In this document: piece by piece, positions 20,758 to 31,549 of the stretch | How positions within the stretch are numbered: the first letter of the stretch is position 1 | How the letters are laid out: each line of letters begins with the position of its first letter | NCBI GenBank assembly: GCA_029880755.1 | Contig: JAOUNW010000003.1 | Coordinates: 1 to 44,780 of the forward strand | Direction: 5' to 3' | DNA length: 44,780 nucleotides | Source: Gammaproteobacteria bacterium | Lineage (GTDB): Bacteria > Pseudomonadota > Gammaproteobacteria > Acidiferrobacterales > SZUA-150 | Notes under the pieces: model-generated | Told to the model about the DNA's origin: nothing | Seen by the model: the letters and a program-made list of their open reading frames with translations, nothing else | Database searches by the model: none | Position numbers and translations under genes: made by a program

Positions 20758-21249
20758 ATGGATTTACTCGTGCTCGATCGCTGGCTGCATGTGATGGCCG
20801 GCATAACCTGGATCGGTTTACTTTATTATTTCAACTTTGTTCAAGTTCCTGCGATGGGACAAGCCAAGGCAGATGGTACTGCCGCCGGCATTACCAAGCA
20901 TATCGCGCCACGCGCCTTATTGTGGTTCCGCTGGGCAGCCCTGGTCACATGGCTGACGGGTTCTTATTACCTGGGCAAATTGGGCATCTGGGGTGACGCC
21001 TTCATGCTAAAAGGTGCCGCCGCCCCTATTGGTATGGGTGCCTGGCTGGGAACCATCATGTTGTTTAATGTGTGGGTACTCATTTGGCCCAATCAGAAAA
21101 AAGTTCTGGGAATAGTCCAGGCTTCTGATGAAGAAAAGGCCAAATCCGGCCGTATTGCCCTACTGGCCTCACGCACCAACACAATGCTGTCCATCCCCAT
21201 GGCATTTTTCATGGTGGCAGGACCACATGGCGCGGCCATGTTTTCCTGA
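20758..21249 (+). CDS. PuuD-like (urate oxidase N-terminal) membrane protein, short form
   Basis: RWLHVMAGITWIGLLYYFN, WFRWAA, FNVWVLIWPNQK, SRTNTMLSIP; no CxxCH; GGAG RBS. Confidence 0.8.
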   Translation: MDLLVLDRWLHVMAGITWIGLLYYFNFVQVPAMGQAKADGTAAGITKHIAPRALLWFRWAALVTWLTGSYYLGKLGIWGDAFMLKGAAAPIGMGAWLGTIMLFNVWVLIWPNQKKVLGIVQASDEEKAKSGRIALLASRTNTMLSIPMAFFMVAGPHGAAMFS

Positions 21250-21271
21250 TCACGTCTGACCTGAATCGCCG

Positions 21272-21296
21272 AAAGCCCGGTCAATCCGGGCTTTTT
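21272..21296 (+). terminator. Intrinsic terminator
   Basis: AAAGCCCGG-TCAAT-CCGGGCTTT-TT. Confidence 0.8.
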
Positions 21297-21391
21297 ATTG
21301 CCGAAGATCTTGGCAGCGCGGCAATTAGTCGATAGAATTTTGATCCGAATAACAGTTTTAGTGGCGCCCTGCTCGGGCGCCTTTGTATTTT

Positions 21392-22573
21392 ATGGCACAA
21401 GAGACTGCTTTGATGACCACGTACGGAAGACTGCCGGTGACCTTTGTCCGCGGCGAGGGTGCGTGGCTGTGGGACACCAATAATAAAAAATACCTGGATG
21501 CGTTGTCAGGTGTGGCGGTATGCAGCCTGGGTCACAGCCATCCAAGCATCTCGGAAGCGATCTGCCAACAGGCGGCCCAGCTGATTCATACCTCCAACTG
21601 GTATGGCATTGCCCATCAGGAATCACTGGGGAAAATCCTGTGCGAAAAGGCAGGCATGGAAACCGCTTTTTTTTCCAACTCCGGCGCCGAAGCCAACGAA
21701 GCCGCTATTAAGCTAGCCCGTCTTTACGGGCATCAACAAAATATTTCCGGACCTGCCATTATTGTTACCGAAGGCAGTTTTCACGGCCGCACCATGGCGA
21801 CCCTTACCGCTACGGGTAACCGCAAGGTACAAGCCGGCTTTGAGCCACTGGTACCCGGATTCAATCGAGTGCCGTACAACGACCTGGAAGCGATCCGACA
21901 AGTGGGCGCAAACAACAACAATGTTGTTGCGATACTGGTGGAGCCCATTACCGGTGAAGGCGGTGTCGTCATTCCCGACAAAGACTATCTGAAAGGTCTA
22001 CGCGAAATATGTGACGCCAAGGGCTGGCTGTTGATGCTCGATGAAATCCAGACCGGCATGTGCCGGACCGGCAAATGGTTTGCCTATCAACATGATGATC
22101 TGGCGCCGGATGTCATGACGGTTGCCAAAGCTCTGGGCAATGGTATTCCTATTGGCGCCTGCCTGGCACGGGGTAAGGCAGCCCAGGTACTTAAACCAGG
22201 TTCTCATGGTTCAACCTTTGGCGGTAACCCCCTGGCATGCAAAACTGCGCTAACCGTGATCGATATTATGGAGAAACAGAAACTGCATCTGCGGGCAGCG
22301 GAACTGGGTGAACGTATATTATCGGGGCTGAAAAAATCATTAGAGAACCAGCAGGGCGTTGTATCCGTCCGCGGAAAAGGACTGATGCTGGCGGTTGAGC
22401 TTGACCGGCCTTGTACCGAGTTGTTGCACAAAGCACTGGAAGCCGGTTTGCTGATTAACATCACCACCGAAAAAGTAATCCGGTTGCTGCCACCCCTGAT
22501 TCTGACTGACGATGAGGCAGACATGATTACCGACAAAGTATCCGCGCTTGTGTTTTCATTTCTGGCTGGCTAA
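21392..22573 (+). CDS. argD: Acetylornithine aminotransferase
   Basis: NSGAEANEAAIK, SFHGRT, DEIQTG, AKALGNG, HGSTFGGNP; upstream of argF. Confidence 0.93.
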   Translation: MAQETALMTTYGRLPVTFVRGEGAWLWDTNNKKYLDALSGVAVCSLGHSHPSISEAICQQAAQLIHTSNWYGIAHQESLGKILCEKAGMETAFFSNSGAEANEAAIKLARLYGHQQNISGPAIIVTEGSFHGRTMATLTATGNRKVQAGFEPLVPGFNRVPYNDLEAIRQVGANNNNVVAILVEPITGEGGVVIPDKDYLKGLREICDAKGWLLMLDEIQTGMCRTGKWFAYQHDDLAPDVMTVAKALGNGIPIGACLARGKAAQVLKPGSHGSTFGGNPLACKTALTVIDIMEKQKLHLRAAELGERILSGLKKSLENQQGVVSVRGKGLMLAVELDRPCTELLHKALEAGLLINITTEKVIRLLPPLILTDDEADMITDKVSALVFSFLAG

Positions 22574-22594
22574 ACGGCGAACAGGAAAACTGCT

Positions 22595-23503
22595 ATGGCG
22601 TCAAAACACTTTCTGTCACTTCTGGATTTAACCGGCGATGAGTTTGAACAGCTCATCGCCAGGGCCATTGAACTCAAATCTCTGCAAAAGAAACATATAC
22701 TGCATCAACCGCTGCAAGGGAAAATGCTGGCCATGGTGTTTGACAAATCTTCCACCCGCACCCGGGTTTCCTTTGAGACCGGCATGACCCAGTTGGGCGG
22801 CAACAGCATGTTTCTGTCACCCAGAGATACACAATTAGGTCGAGGTGAACCAATTGAAGATACCGCCCGCGTTCTCTCACGCATGGTGGATGTGGTGGTG
22901 ATCCGCACTGATAAACACCGTACCGTGGAAACCTTCGCAGAATACTCCAGCGTACCTGTCATCAATGCTCTGACCGACCGGTTTCACCCGTGCCAACTGC
23001 TGGCGGATATACAAACCTACCAGGAGCATCGGGGAAGCATTGTCGGCAAGAGAGTTGCCTGGGTTGGCGACGGTAATAACGTCTGCCACTCGTGGATGAA
23101 CGCCGCCAAGCTGCTTGGATTTCAACTGGCGATTGCCACGCCCAAAGGGTACGAGCCGGACAACGATATGGTCAGCGCAACGAAGCAGCATATTGAGATG
23201 ACAACAGACCCCAAAGCGGCGGTAAAAGATGCCGATATTGTTGTCACTGATACCTGGGCCAGCATGGGCCAGGAACAGGAAAAGAGCCAACGGGAGCAGG
23301 CCTTTGCAGGATACCAGGTGACCACCGCACTGATGCAACTGGCAAAGCCTGATGCACTGTTTATGCACTGTTTACCGGCATACCGAGGCTACGAGGTGTC
23401 CGCCGATGTCATTGATGGCCCCCAAAGCGTGGTTTGGGATGAGGCCGAAAATCGCCTGCATGCCCAGAAGGCCCTGCTGGAATTTCTGCTCCTGGCCAAA
23501 TAA
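22595..23503 (+). CDS. argF: Ornithine carbamoyltransferase
   Basis: [36 protein letters not shown]. Confidence 0.97.
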   Translation: MASKHFLSLLDLTGDEFEQLIARAIELKSLQKKHILHQPLQGKMLAMVFDKSSTRTRVSFETGMTQLGGNSMFLSPRDTQLGRGEPIEDTARVLSRMVDVVVIRTDKHRTVETFAEYSSVPVINALTDRFHPCQLLADIQTYQEHRGSIVGKRVAWVGDGNNVCHSWMNAAKLLGFQLAIATPKGYEPDNDMVSATKQHIEMTTDPKAAVKDADIVVTDTWASMGQEQEKSQREQAFAGYQVTTALMQLAKPDALFMHCLPAYRGYEVSADVIDGPQSVVWDEAENRLHAQKALLEFLLLAK

Positions 23504-23655
23504 GGTTTGGATTGCCATCGTACAACCCGCCCAAAATCCCGCATTTTCCCAGTTGCCGAGGGGTGAATAAGGTATCTCTGGCCATCAGAAAACCGGGCGC
23601 GCAGTCTGATTTTGCGAAAGTACCGTAGCCCCTGCTTTTGTCCTACACTTGAACC

Positions 23656-25956
23656 GTGGAAAAAAAATCTCCCGATAAGCGCATCCTGAGACTACTGATC
23701 GTCGACGATTCCCCCGACGACACCGACTTATTGGCCAAAAATCTGCGTATCGCGCGCTTTATGTTAAAGACGGACCGGGTTACCGATGCCGCCGGTCTTC
23801 AACATGCACTGGACAAAGGCAAATGGGACCTGGTGGTAACGGAGGACAAGCTCAAAAATTTCACAGGACGACTGGCCCTTGAAACCGTCAAACGTCTTAA
23901 TCCAACACTGCCGGTGATTGTCTACGCCAATGAGATAGATGACGCCAGCATGGTAGCTATCATGCACGCGGGCGCCCGTGATGTCGTTATTAAATCGAGG
24001 AATGCCAGAATCATCCCGGCAATTGAGCGTGAACTGGATGTCGCCGCCGCAAGGAAAGAATATCGAAACATGATGGATATGGCCAAGGAGATGGAGGACA
24101 AGCACAAAGCGATGGTGGCAGGGGCCAAGGATGCCATGTGTTATATCCACGACGGCGTTCACCTTGATGCCAATCAATTGTATCTGAATCTTTTCGGTTA
24201 CAGCACTTTGCAGGATCTGGAAGCTATTCCGGTACTGGAGCTGATCGATAAAGAAGACCATGAACGCTTCAAGACACTGCTTCGAAAAGCAGCCAACAAT
24301 AAGCCATTTGACGGTTCCACGGAGTTTACCTGCAAGAAGAATGACGGTACCGCGGTGTATATTGATATTTCTGTCGCCAATGTCAGCCATAAAGGTGAAA
24401 ACTGCCAACAACTGACGGTTAAAGATATTACCAAGCGTAAGGCTGCCGAGAACCGGCTAAAGTATCTCAGTCAGCGTGATCCTCTGACCGGTCTTTACAA
24501 TCGCCATCATTTCACAAAACTTCTTTCTGATGTTATCGAGAAGCTTAAGACAGATAAAATTCCGACCGCACTCATATACATAGACCTGTATGACCTGAAA
24601 GATATCAATGCCGAACTGGGATATACCACCGGCGACCGCATCCTGCTAAAAATAACCAAGATGTTCCGGGAGTCTCTTGCCGAGAAAGCAACTATCGCCC
24701 GTGTCGGAGGTGATGAATTTGCCATCTTGCTTGAAGACAGCACTCTTAAAGATGCAAAGAAAACGGCTGACATACTGAAGCAGCAGTTACAAAAAACACT
24801 TTTGATCGACAAGGGCCAGAAACACTCCTGCAATTGTGCTACCAGCATAACCCTGATTGATGATGCATCCCTCAACGCCCAGGATATTATGGCCAGGGCA
24901 GTTGCAGAATGCGGCGACGAAACACCGGAACCCAAAGCCGCTACACCTGCGCCAAACCAGAAACCCGTGGTCAACCAGCAGGCTGCAACAGACAAACCAA
25001 AACCTGCGCAACCCGCACAGGCATCTAAAGTCACGACACCCCAACAACCCAGGCCAGCGCCGCAGGCAAAGCCGTCAACACCTGCGCCCAAACCTGCAGC
25101 AGAGATGCCGAAACCGGCAGCCGCCAGGCCACAACCTGCCGTCGCGCAAGCGTCTCCCTGGAAACAGCGCATTCAGCAGGCGTTGAAGGAAAACCGTTTC
25201 AAACTGGTTTACCAACCTATTATTAATTTACATGGCGATGCCGATGAGTTTTTCGAAGTTCTGGTGCGCATGATAGGGGATAACGGGCACCTGATCCCGC
25301 CGGGTGAATTCTTTGCTGAAGCCGAGCGATCAGGTCTCATGAAGGATATTGATTTCTGGGTAACAGAACATGCCGTTGAGGCCCTGGGATCACTGCATTC
25401 CGATGGCCGGAAGGCAACATTCTTTATAAACCTGTCCCTGGCAACCTGCAAAGACAAGAATTTCATGGCCTGGGTAAAAGAATCTCTGGAATCCGCCCGA
25501 GTCCATGGCAGTCATCTGGTTTTTGAACTGGAAGAATCGGATATCGCAAGCGGTAACGAAGACACCAACAAAGAGCTTATGGAAAAGCTCACCTCTCTGG
25601 GTAGCGTCATTTCCATTGACAACTGCGGTCTAACGTTGGACACCATACTTAATCTTCCGAGACAATGCGTAGGCTATATGAAGATTAACCGAGCCCAGGT
25701 ATCGGTGGCTGCCGGCAATGTCGACAAGAGGGATTCGCTGACAGCCATGCTGGCCATGGCTACCAAGCTGGAAGTGAAATCCGTTGCCAAGGGCATTGAA
25801 GATGCCCATAGCCTGACAGATTTATGGACCTTCGGCTTCCAGTATGTGCAGGGAAATTACTTCCAGCACGCCGACAGCGAAATCAGTTATGACTTCACCC
25901 CGGAAGACGAGACCGAGCTGTCATCGGACGCCATGCCTTCTTCATGGTCGCGATAA
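23656..25956 (+). CDS. FimX-like REC-PAS-GGDEF-EAL protein with degenerate EAL domain
   Basis: REC (IVDDSPDD), PAS (DGVHLDAN), DPLTGLYNR/RVGGDEF, EVLVRM; IDNCG replaces DDFG and AKGIE replaces AEGVE. Confidence 0.85.
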   Translation: MEKKSPDKRILRLLIVDDSPDDTDLLAKNLRIARFMLKTDRVTDAAGLQHALDKGKWDLVVTEDKLKNFTGRLALETVKRLNPTLPVIVYANEIDDASMVAIMHAGARDVVIKSRNARIIPAIERELDVAAARKEYRNMMDMAKEMEDKHKAMVAGAKDAMCYIHDGVHLDANQLYLNLFGYSTLQDLEAIPVLELIDKEDHERFKTLLRKAANNKPFDGSTEFTCKKNDGTAVYIDISVANVSHKGENCQQLTVKDITKRKAAENRLKYLSQRDPLTGLYNRHHFTKLLSDVIEKLKTDKIPTALIYIDLYDLKDINAELGYTTGDRILLKITKMFRESLAEKATIARVGGDEFAILLEDSTLKDAKKTADILKQQLQKTLLIDKGQKHSCNCATSITLIDDASLNAQDIMARAVAECGDETPEPKAATPAPNQKPVVNQQAATDKPKPAQPAQASKVTTPQQPRPAPQAKPSTPAPKPAAEMPKPAAARPQPAVAQASPWKQRIQQALKENRFKLVYQPIINLHGDADEFFEVLVRMIGDNGHLIPPGEFFAEAERSGLMKDIDFWVTEHAVEALGSLHSDGRKATFFINLSLATCKDKNFMAWVKESLESARVHGSHLVFELEESDIASGNEDTNKELMEKLTSLGSVISIDNCGLTLDTILNLPRQCVGYMKINRAQVSVAAGNVDKRDSLTAMLAMATKLEVKSVAKGIEDAHSLTDLWTFGFQYVQGNYFQHADSEISYDFTPEDETELSSDAMPSSWSR

Positions 25957-26101
25957 CCCCGATTGCCGATACCGGGAAATACACACCCGCCTCCCTATCG
26001 TTTTAATCCCGCAGCAATTACCGGCATACTGCCTCGTTGAATCCGACGCGCTTGTGTACAATGCTGGCTTGATCACCTGAAATTCCGAAGAAGGTAATTC
26101 A

Positions 26102-27913
26102 TTGCGCTTTCAACACTACGGCAAGCCGCCGACAAACCGAAATGACTGGAAAACAATTCGCAGCCTGCTTCCCTATGTCTGGGAATTTCGTTTAAGAATC
26201 CTGCTGGCACTGTCATTCCTGATGGTCGCTAAAGTGGCTAATGTGGGAGTACCGCTGGTGCTCAAAGACATTGTCGACTCCTTCGAAAAACAGGATACGG
26301 TGCTGGTACTACCCATCGCATTACTACTGGGTTATGGTGCGCTCCGCTTCGCCCATTCCCTGTTCTCTGAACTGCGGGATATTGTTTTCGCCAAAGTCAC
26401 ACAAAACACCATACGCCGGGTGACCATCAGGATTTTCCGGCACCTGCACAGCCTGTCTCTGCGTTTTCATTTGGACCGCCAGACCGGCGGTATGTCCAGA
26501 GACCTGGAACGCGGCGCGGCAGGCATTCGCTTCTTGCTCAACTTCATGGTCTTTAACATTCTTCCGACTTTTTTCGAGATTGGTCTCGTTGCAGTAATCC
26601 TGTTTGCCAAATACAAATTTCATTTTGTTGCCACCGTATTGGGTACACTGGTTGCATATGTTGTATTCACGCTGATTGTTACAGAATGGCGCATGTATTT
26701 CCGCCGCAACATGAACGAAATGGATTCAAAGGCAAACACCAACGCTATCGACAGCCTGATTAATTACGAGACTGTTAAATACTTTAATAACGAAGAATAC
26801 GAGGCAAACCGCTACAACAACGTCATGACCCTATGGCAGAAGGCGGCGATTCGCAATCAGACATCGCTGTCTGCCTTAAACGGCGGGCAAAATACCATTA
26901 TTGCAATTGGCGTCACGCTGCTGATGATTCTGGCCAGCCAGGGAGTGGTCGATGGCACTATGACCATTGGTGATCTGGTTTTGGTGAATGCTTTTCTGCT
27001 TCAGTTGTATCAGCCACTTCATTTTCTTGGTTTCGTCTACAGGGAGATTCGTCACTCGCTCGCCGACATGGAACGCATGTTTGACATTGCTAATACGACC
27101 CCGGAGATCCGCAATAAACCCGATGCGTCGGAACTGGATCGCACAGACACTACCATCCGCTTCGAGCAGGTGGATTTTTCCTACGAGCCAAAACGCCAGA
27201 TCCTGTTTGGAGTAGACTTTGAAATTCCTGCCGGCCATAAAGTGGCAGTAGTGGGTCACAGCGGCTCCGGCAAATCGACCCTTTCGCGCCTGTTGTTCCG
27301 TTTTTATGATGTCACCGGCGGGCGTGTACTGATCGGCGGACAGGACGTGCGGGACGTAACACAGGAAAGTCTTCGTGCAGCCATCGGCATCGTGCCCCAG
27401 GATACCGTTTTGTTTAATGACTCTATTTTCTACAACATCGCCTACGGTAATACCGAGGCAAATGAGGAGGAAGTCATTCGTGCCGCCAAGCAGGCGCATA
27501 TCCACGAATTCATCAGTTCCCTGCCTGATGGCTACAAGACAATTGTCGGTGAACGCGGTCTTAAGCTTTCCGGCGGCGAAAAACAACGCGTCGCCATTGC
27601 CCGAACGCTGTTAAAGAATCCACCTATCCTGATTTTTGATGAGGCCACATCAGCACTGGATTCCAAAACCGAAAAGGGCATTCAGCGGGAACTGGAAAAC
27701 ATCGCGGTGAATCATACTACTCTAGTTATCGCCCACCGCCTGTCCACAGTCATGAATGCCGATCAGATACTGGTACTGGATAACGGCCGCATCGTCGAAC
27801 GAGGCACGCATCAGGAATTGTTAAAAAAGAATGGTGCTTACGCCCACATGTGGGCCTTACAACAACAGCAGCAAAATAAGGAGCCGGTGGCGGCTGTAGA
27901 GCATGACGGTTAA
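26102..27913 (+). CDS. ABCB Atm1/HMT1-family ABC transporter (permease and ATPase fused)
   Basis: LRFHLDRQTGG, DSLINYETVKYF, GHSGSGKST, LSGGEKQR, FDEATSALD. Confidence 0.93.
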   Translation: MRFQHYGKPPTNRNDWKTIRSLLPYVWEFRLRILLALSFLMVAKVANVGVPLVLKDIVDSFEKQDTVLVLPIALLLGYGALRFAHSLFSELRDIVFAKVTQNTIRRVTIRIFRHLHSLSLRFHLDRQTGGMSRDLERGAAGIRFLLNFMVFNILPTFFEIGLVAVILFAKYKFHFVATVLGTLVAYVVFTLIVTEWRMYFRRNMNEMDSKANTNAIDSLINYETVKYFNNEEYEANRYNNVMTLWQKAAIRNQTSLSALNGGQNTIIAIGVTLLMILASQGVVDGTMTIGDLVLVNAFLLQLYQPLHFLGFVYREIRHSLADMERMFDIANTTPEIRNKPDASELDRTDTTIRFEQVDFSYEPKRQILFGVDFEIPAGHKVAVVGHSGSGKSTLSRLLFRFYDVTGGRVLIGGQDVRDVTQESLRAAIGIVPQDTVLFNDSIFYNIAYGNTEANEEEVIRAAKQAHIHEFISSLPDGYKTIVGERGLKLSGGEKQRVAIARTLLKNPPILIFDEATSALDSKTEKGIQRELENIAVNHTTLVIAHRLSTVMNADQILVLDNGRIVERGTHQELLKKNGAYAHMWALQQQQQNKEPVAAVEHDG

Positions 27914-27926
27914 TAATAGCGGCTAA

Positions 27927-29615
27927 TTATTGATTAGCGATTTTGGCCCAGGTATCCCGCAGAGTAACCGTACGATTGAATACAGGCTTATTGCCGGGCA
28001 GGTGCAAAGGATCGAGACAAAAATAGCCTTCCCGTTCAAACTGAAACCTGTCACCTGCCTGGGCATCGACCAGAGACTGTTCCAGATAGCAATGCGTTAA
28101 CGTCAACAGGGAATCGGGGTTGATATAGTCTTTATAATCTTTTCCTTCTCTGGCCGCATCGGGTGTCGGGTGACTGAACAGGCGGTCATACAATCGCACC
28201 TCCGCTTCAAGCGCATGACTGGCAGACACCCAGTGAATCACTCCTTTTACCTTTCGCCCTTCCGGATTTTTACCCAGAGTCTCCGGATCATAACTGCATC
28301 GCAATTCAATAATATTTCCATGACCGTCTTTAATCACTTCGTCGCATTTTATGACGTAGGCATTACGCAAGCGTACTTCGCCCCCCGCCACCAAACGCTT
28401 GAACTGCTTCGGCGCCTGTTCCATAAAATCACTTTGATCGATATAGAGATCACCGCTGAAAGTGACTTCCCGGGTTCCCATGGTCTCGTCCTGCGGATGA
28501 TTGGAAGCAATAAGCTGTTCCGTTTTGCCATCCGGATAATTGGTTAATGTCACTTTCAATGGATGCAATACCGCCATCCGGCGCGGGGCGCGGTCGTTGA
28601 GATCGGAACGTATGCAATCCTCCAGCATGGCCATTTCCACCATATTATCTGCCTTGGACACACCAATGCGATGGCAAAATTCGCGTATGGATTCCGGCGT
28701 ATAACCCCGGCGGCGCAAACCAGCAATGGTTGGCAGACGCGGATCATTCCAGCCTTCCACATGACCTTGATCCACCAGCTCCGTAAGCTTGCGTTTGCTC
28801 ATCACCGTGTATTCCAGATTCAGCCGGGAAAACTCGATTTGCTGCGGGTGACAGGGCACATCAAGCTGATCCAGAAACCAGTCATACAAGGGCCGATGAT
28901 CTTCGAATTCGAGTGTACAAATAGAGTGCGTAATCGATTCCAGAGAATCCGACAGGCAGTGAGTAAAATCGTACATAGGATAAATGACCCACTCTTCGCC
29001 GGTCTGGTGATGTATCACCCCGTGTCGAATACGATAAATCGCGGGATCGCGCATGTTGATGTTTGGTGAGGCCATGTCAATTTTGGCCCGCAGCACTTTT
29101 TCCCCGTCATTGAAATCGCCGGCACGCATGCGTGCAAACAACTCAAGATTTTCCTCAACGGTACGACTCCGGTGAGGACTGTTCCTGCCCGGCTCTGTTA
29201 ACGTACCCCGGTACTCACGAATCTGTTCGGCACTGAGGTCATCCACATAGGCCAGCCCCTTTTTAATCAACTCAACGGCATAATCATGCAGCTTTTCAAA
29301 ATAGTCCGAGGCATAAAACAGACGATTGCCCCAGTCATAACCCAGCCAACGCACATCATTTTGTATGGCCTCAACGAACTCGATATTTTCTGCATGGGGG
29401 TTGGTGTCATCGAAACGCAGATTACAGGTGCCACCGTAATCGCGCGCCAATCCGAAATTCAGCACAATGGATTTGGCATGACCGATATGCAGATAACCAT
29501 TTGGCTCAGGGGGGAACCGGGTCGCTACCCGGCCTTGGTTTTTTCCTGCCTTCAGGTCTTCATCAATAATATGGCGAATGAAATTGCTGGGGGCTTTGGT
29601 CTCAATATGACTCAT
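27927..29615 (-). CDS. glnS: Glutamine--tRNA ligase
   Basis: [40 protein letters not shown]. Confidence 0.98.
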   Translation of the reverse strand: MSHIETKAPSNFIRHIIDEDLKAGKNQGRVATRFPPEPNGYLHIGHAKSIVLNFGLARDYGGTCNLRFDDTNPHAENIEFVEAIQNDVRWLGYDWGNRLFYASDYFEKLHDYAVELIKKGLAYVDDLSAEQIREYRGTLTEPGRNSPHRSRTVEENLELFARMRAGDFNDGEKVLRAKIDMASPNINMRDPAIYRIRHGVIHHQTGEEWVIYPMYDFTHCLSDSLESITHSICTLEFEDHRPLYDWFLDQLDVPCHPQQIEFSRLNLEYTVMSKRKLTELVDQGHVEGWNDPRLPTIAGLRRRGYTPESIREFCHRIGVSKADNMVEMAMLEDCIRSDLNDRAPRRMAVLHPLKVTLTNYPDGKTEQLIASNHPQDETMGTREVTFSGDLYIDQSDFMEQAPKQFKRLVAGGEVRLRNAYVIKCDEVIKDGHGNIIELRCSYDPETLGKNPEGRKVKGVIHWVSASHALEAEVRLYDRLFSHPTPDAAREGKDYKDYINPDSLLTLTHCYLEQSLVDAQAGDRFQFEREGYFCLDPLHLPGNKPVFNRTVTLRDTWAKIANQ

Positions 29616-29726
29616 TAATTTTCTTGACTGGCTTTTTGGGGAACGGCTGTTTAATTCCGCGGGATTCTACTCTATTCGGCCAACGGAACAAAAGACGATG
29701 TAACCGACCCCAAACCACCCGCGGTT

Positions 29727-31076
29727 TTACCGTATTAACGAATAAGTCATCCCTAAGACAGCGCAGGCGGCAATCACGGTAACGATACCCAGCTTAAACC
29801 GGAACAAGGCGATAAATGCGGCAATGCCGATTAACGCCGGGAACCATTCGAAACTTCCCTGAAATCCCTCAGGCCAGAGTACATGATAGGCAAAAAATAC
29901 GGCCAGATTTAGTACAACACCGACAACAGCGGCTGTAATACCTGTCAGCGGTGCCGTAAACCTGAGCTCGTGTCGGGTTGCCTCAACAAGAGGACCTCCC
30001 ACAAGAATAAACAGAAATGAAGGTAAAAAAGTAAACAAGGTCGCCACGCTGGCGCCCGCGACGCCCGCCATGGGCAGCAACTCCGGCCCAAATAACTCCT
30101 TGGTCCAGCCGCCCACAAAACCTACAAACGCCACCACCATGATTAATGGTCCTGGCGTGGTTTCGCCCAGGGCCAGACCGTCGATCATTTGAACCCCCGT
30201 TAGCCAGCCATGGTGTTCCACACCGCCCTGATATACATAGGGCAATACCGCATACGCGCCACCGAAGGTCACAAGCGCAGCCTTGGTAAAAAACCAACTC
30301 ATTTGGGTTAAGACGCCATCCCATCCGTATCGTGCCGACAATAGCGCCATGACCCCGCCCCACATCAGTACGCCAACCAAGGCGATGACCAGCAACCGGC
30401 TCCACTTGAATAGCGCATGATTGGGTACAGGGGAATGATCATCAATTAACGCCGGTCCGTAGGATTTGCCGGGGCCGGCATGATGACCGCCGGCCTTGAA
30501 TTTCTCCGGCATCCATCGGGAACCCACGTAGCCCACCACCCCTGCCGCCAAAACGATATAAGGAAAAGGAACCCCACCGGCGAAAATTGCCACAAAGGCC
30601 AGCAACGCCATGCCCCGGAGAACATTGTTCTTGAGTGCACGCGAACCGATACGATAGGCGGCAAATACAACGATAGCGGTCACTGCCGGCTTGATACCAT
30701 ATAGAATACCGGCGACCAACGAGGCATTACCGTAAACAAGGTAAACCCACGTTAACGTTATTAAGATAACCAGGGAAGGCAGAACAAATAACACACCAGC
30801 CACAATGCCGCCGGGCACGCCATGCATTAACCAGCCGATATAAGTCGCCAGCTGCTGCGCCTCCGGTCCAGGTAATACCATGGTGTAATTCAGAGCATGC
30901 AGAAACCGATGTTCCGAAATCCAGCGCCGCCGTTCCACCAATTCCTGGTGCATCATGCTGATCTGACCGGCGGGTCCACCGAAACTAATAAAACCCAATT
31001 TGAGCCAATACGCTAATGCCTGCCAGAACGTTACTGACTCTGGTGGCTGCGTCACGTCTTCGGCTACAACTGACAT
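29727..31076 (-). CDS. chrA: Chromate efflux transporter, CHR family, long chain
   Basis: LGFISFGGPAGQI, LPGPEAQQLA, TFGGAYAVL, GETTPGP. Confidence 0.93.
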   Translation of the reverse strand: MSVVAEDVTQPPESVTFWQALAYWLKLGFISFGGPAGQISMMHQELVERRRWISEHRFLHALNYTMVLPGPEAQQLATYIGWLMHGVPGGIVAGVLFVLPSLVILITLTWVYLVYGNASLVAGILYGIKPAVTAIVVFAAYRIGSRALKNNVLRGMALLAFVAIFAGGVPFPYIVLAAGVVGYVGSRWMPEKFKAGGHHAGPGKSYGPALIDDHSPVPNHALFKWSRLLVIALVGVLMWGGVMALLSARYGWDGVLTQMSWFFTKAALVTFGGAYAVLPYVYQGGVEHHGWLTGVQMIDGLALGETTPGPLIMVVAFVGFVGGWTKELFGPELLPMAGVAGASVATLFTFLPSFLFILVGGPLVEATRHELRFTAPLTGITAAVVGVVLNLAVFFAYHVLWPEGFQGSFEWFPALIGIAAFIALFRFKLGIVTVIAACAVLGMTYSLIR

Positions 31077-31549
31077 AATAGGTAACCCTCCATGAAATAT
31101 TTCAGGCTAACGCTGAAGGCGCTAGTGTGACACGCCAATGCAAACCACGAAAACAACTTTCGGCAACGACTAACACAACAATAGATACACTTTTAGCGCG
31201 CCTACATTCACGAAACGCCTGCATAAAAATCGAAGAACCGGTTTTCTGTAACCAGTCACCCAAAACAGCAGCAACGCCTGCATTGTTATTAATTTATAAA
31301 GGAAATCATTACTGGTTTATTAGTACATTAGCGAATAACGATATACTAACTTTTTTTCCATAGACTAAGTTGTGTAAAAGCACCAGCTAGCTAAACGAAC
31401 CTATTTATTAATTAATTGTTTACTAATAGGAATAAAGTGCGAAAATAGGTTGTCTTTAGTAGGAGTATCGCTTGATATTTATGGAGTCAAAATAACAATA
31501 TTGAACACTATCATTAAAATAACCACACAACCCTAAGGAGACGACAACC

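Noticed and set aside
24507-27586. Long antisense ORFs (24507..25172, 26876..27586 and similar)
   Set aside because: They lie opposite well-supported genes and have no motifs of their own
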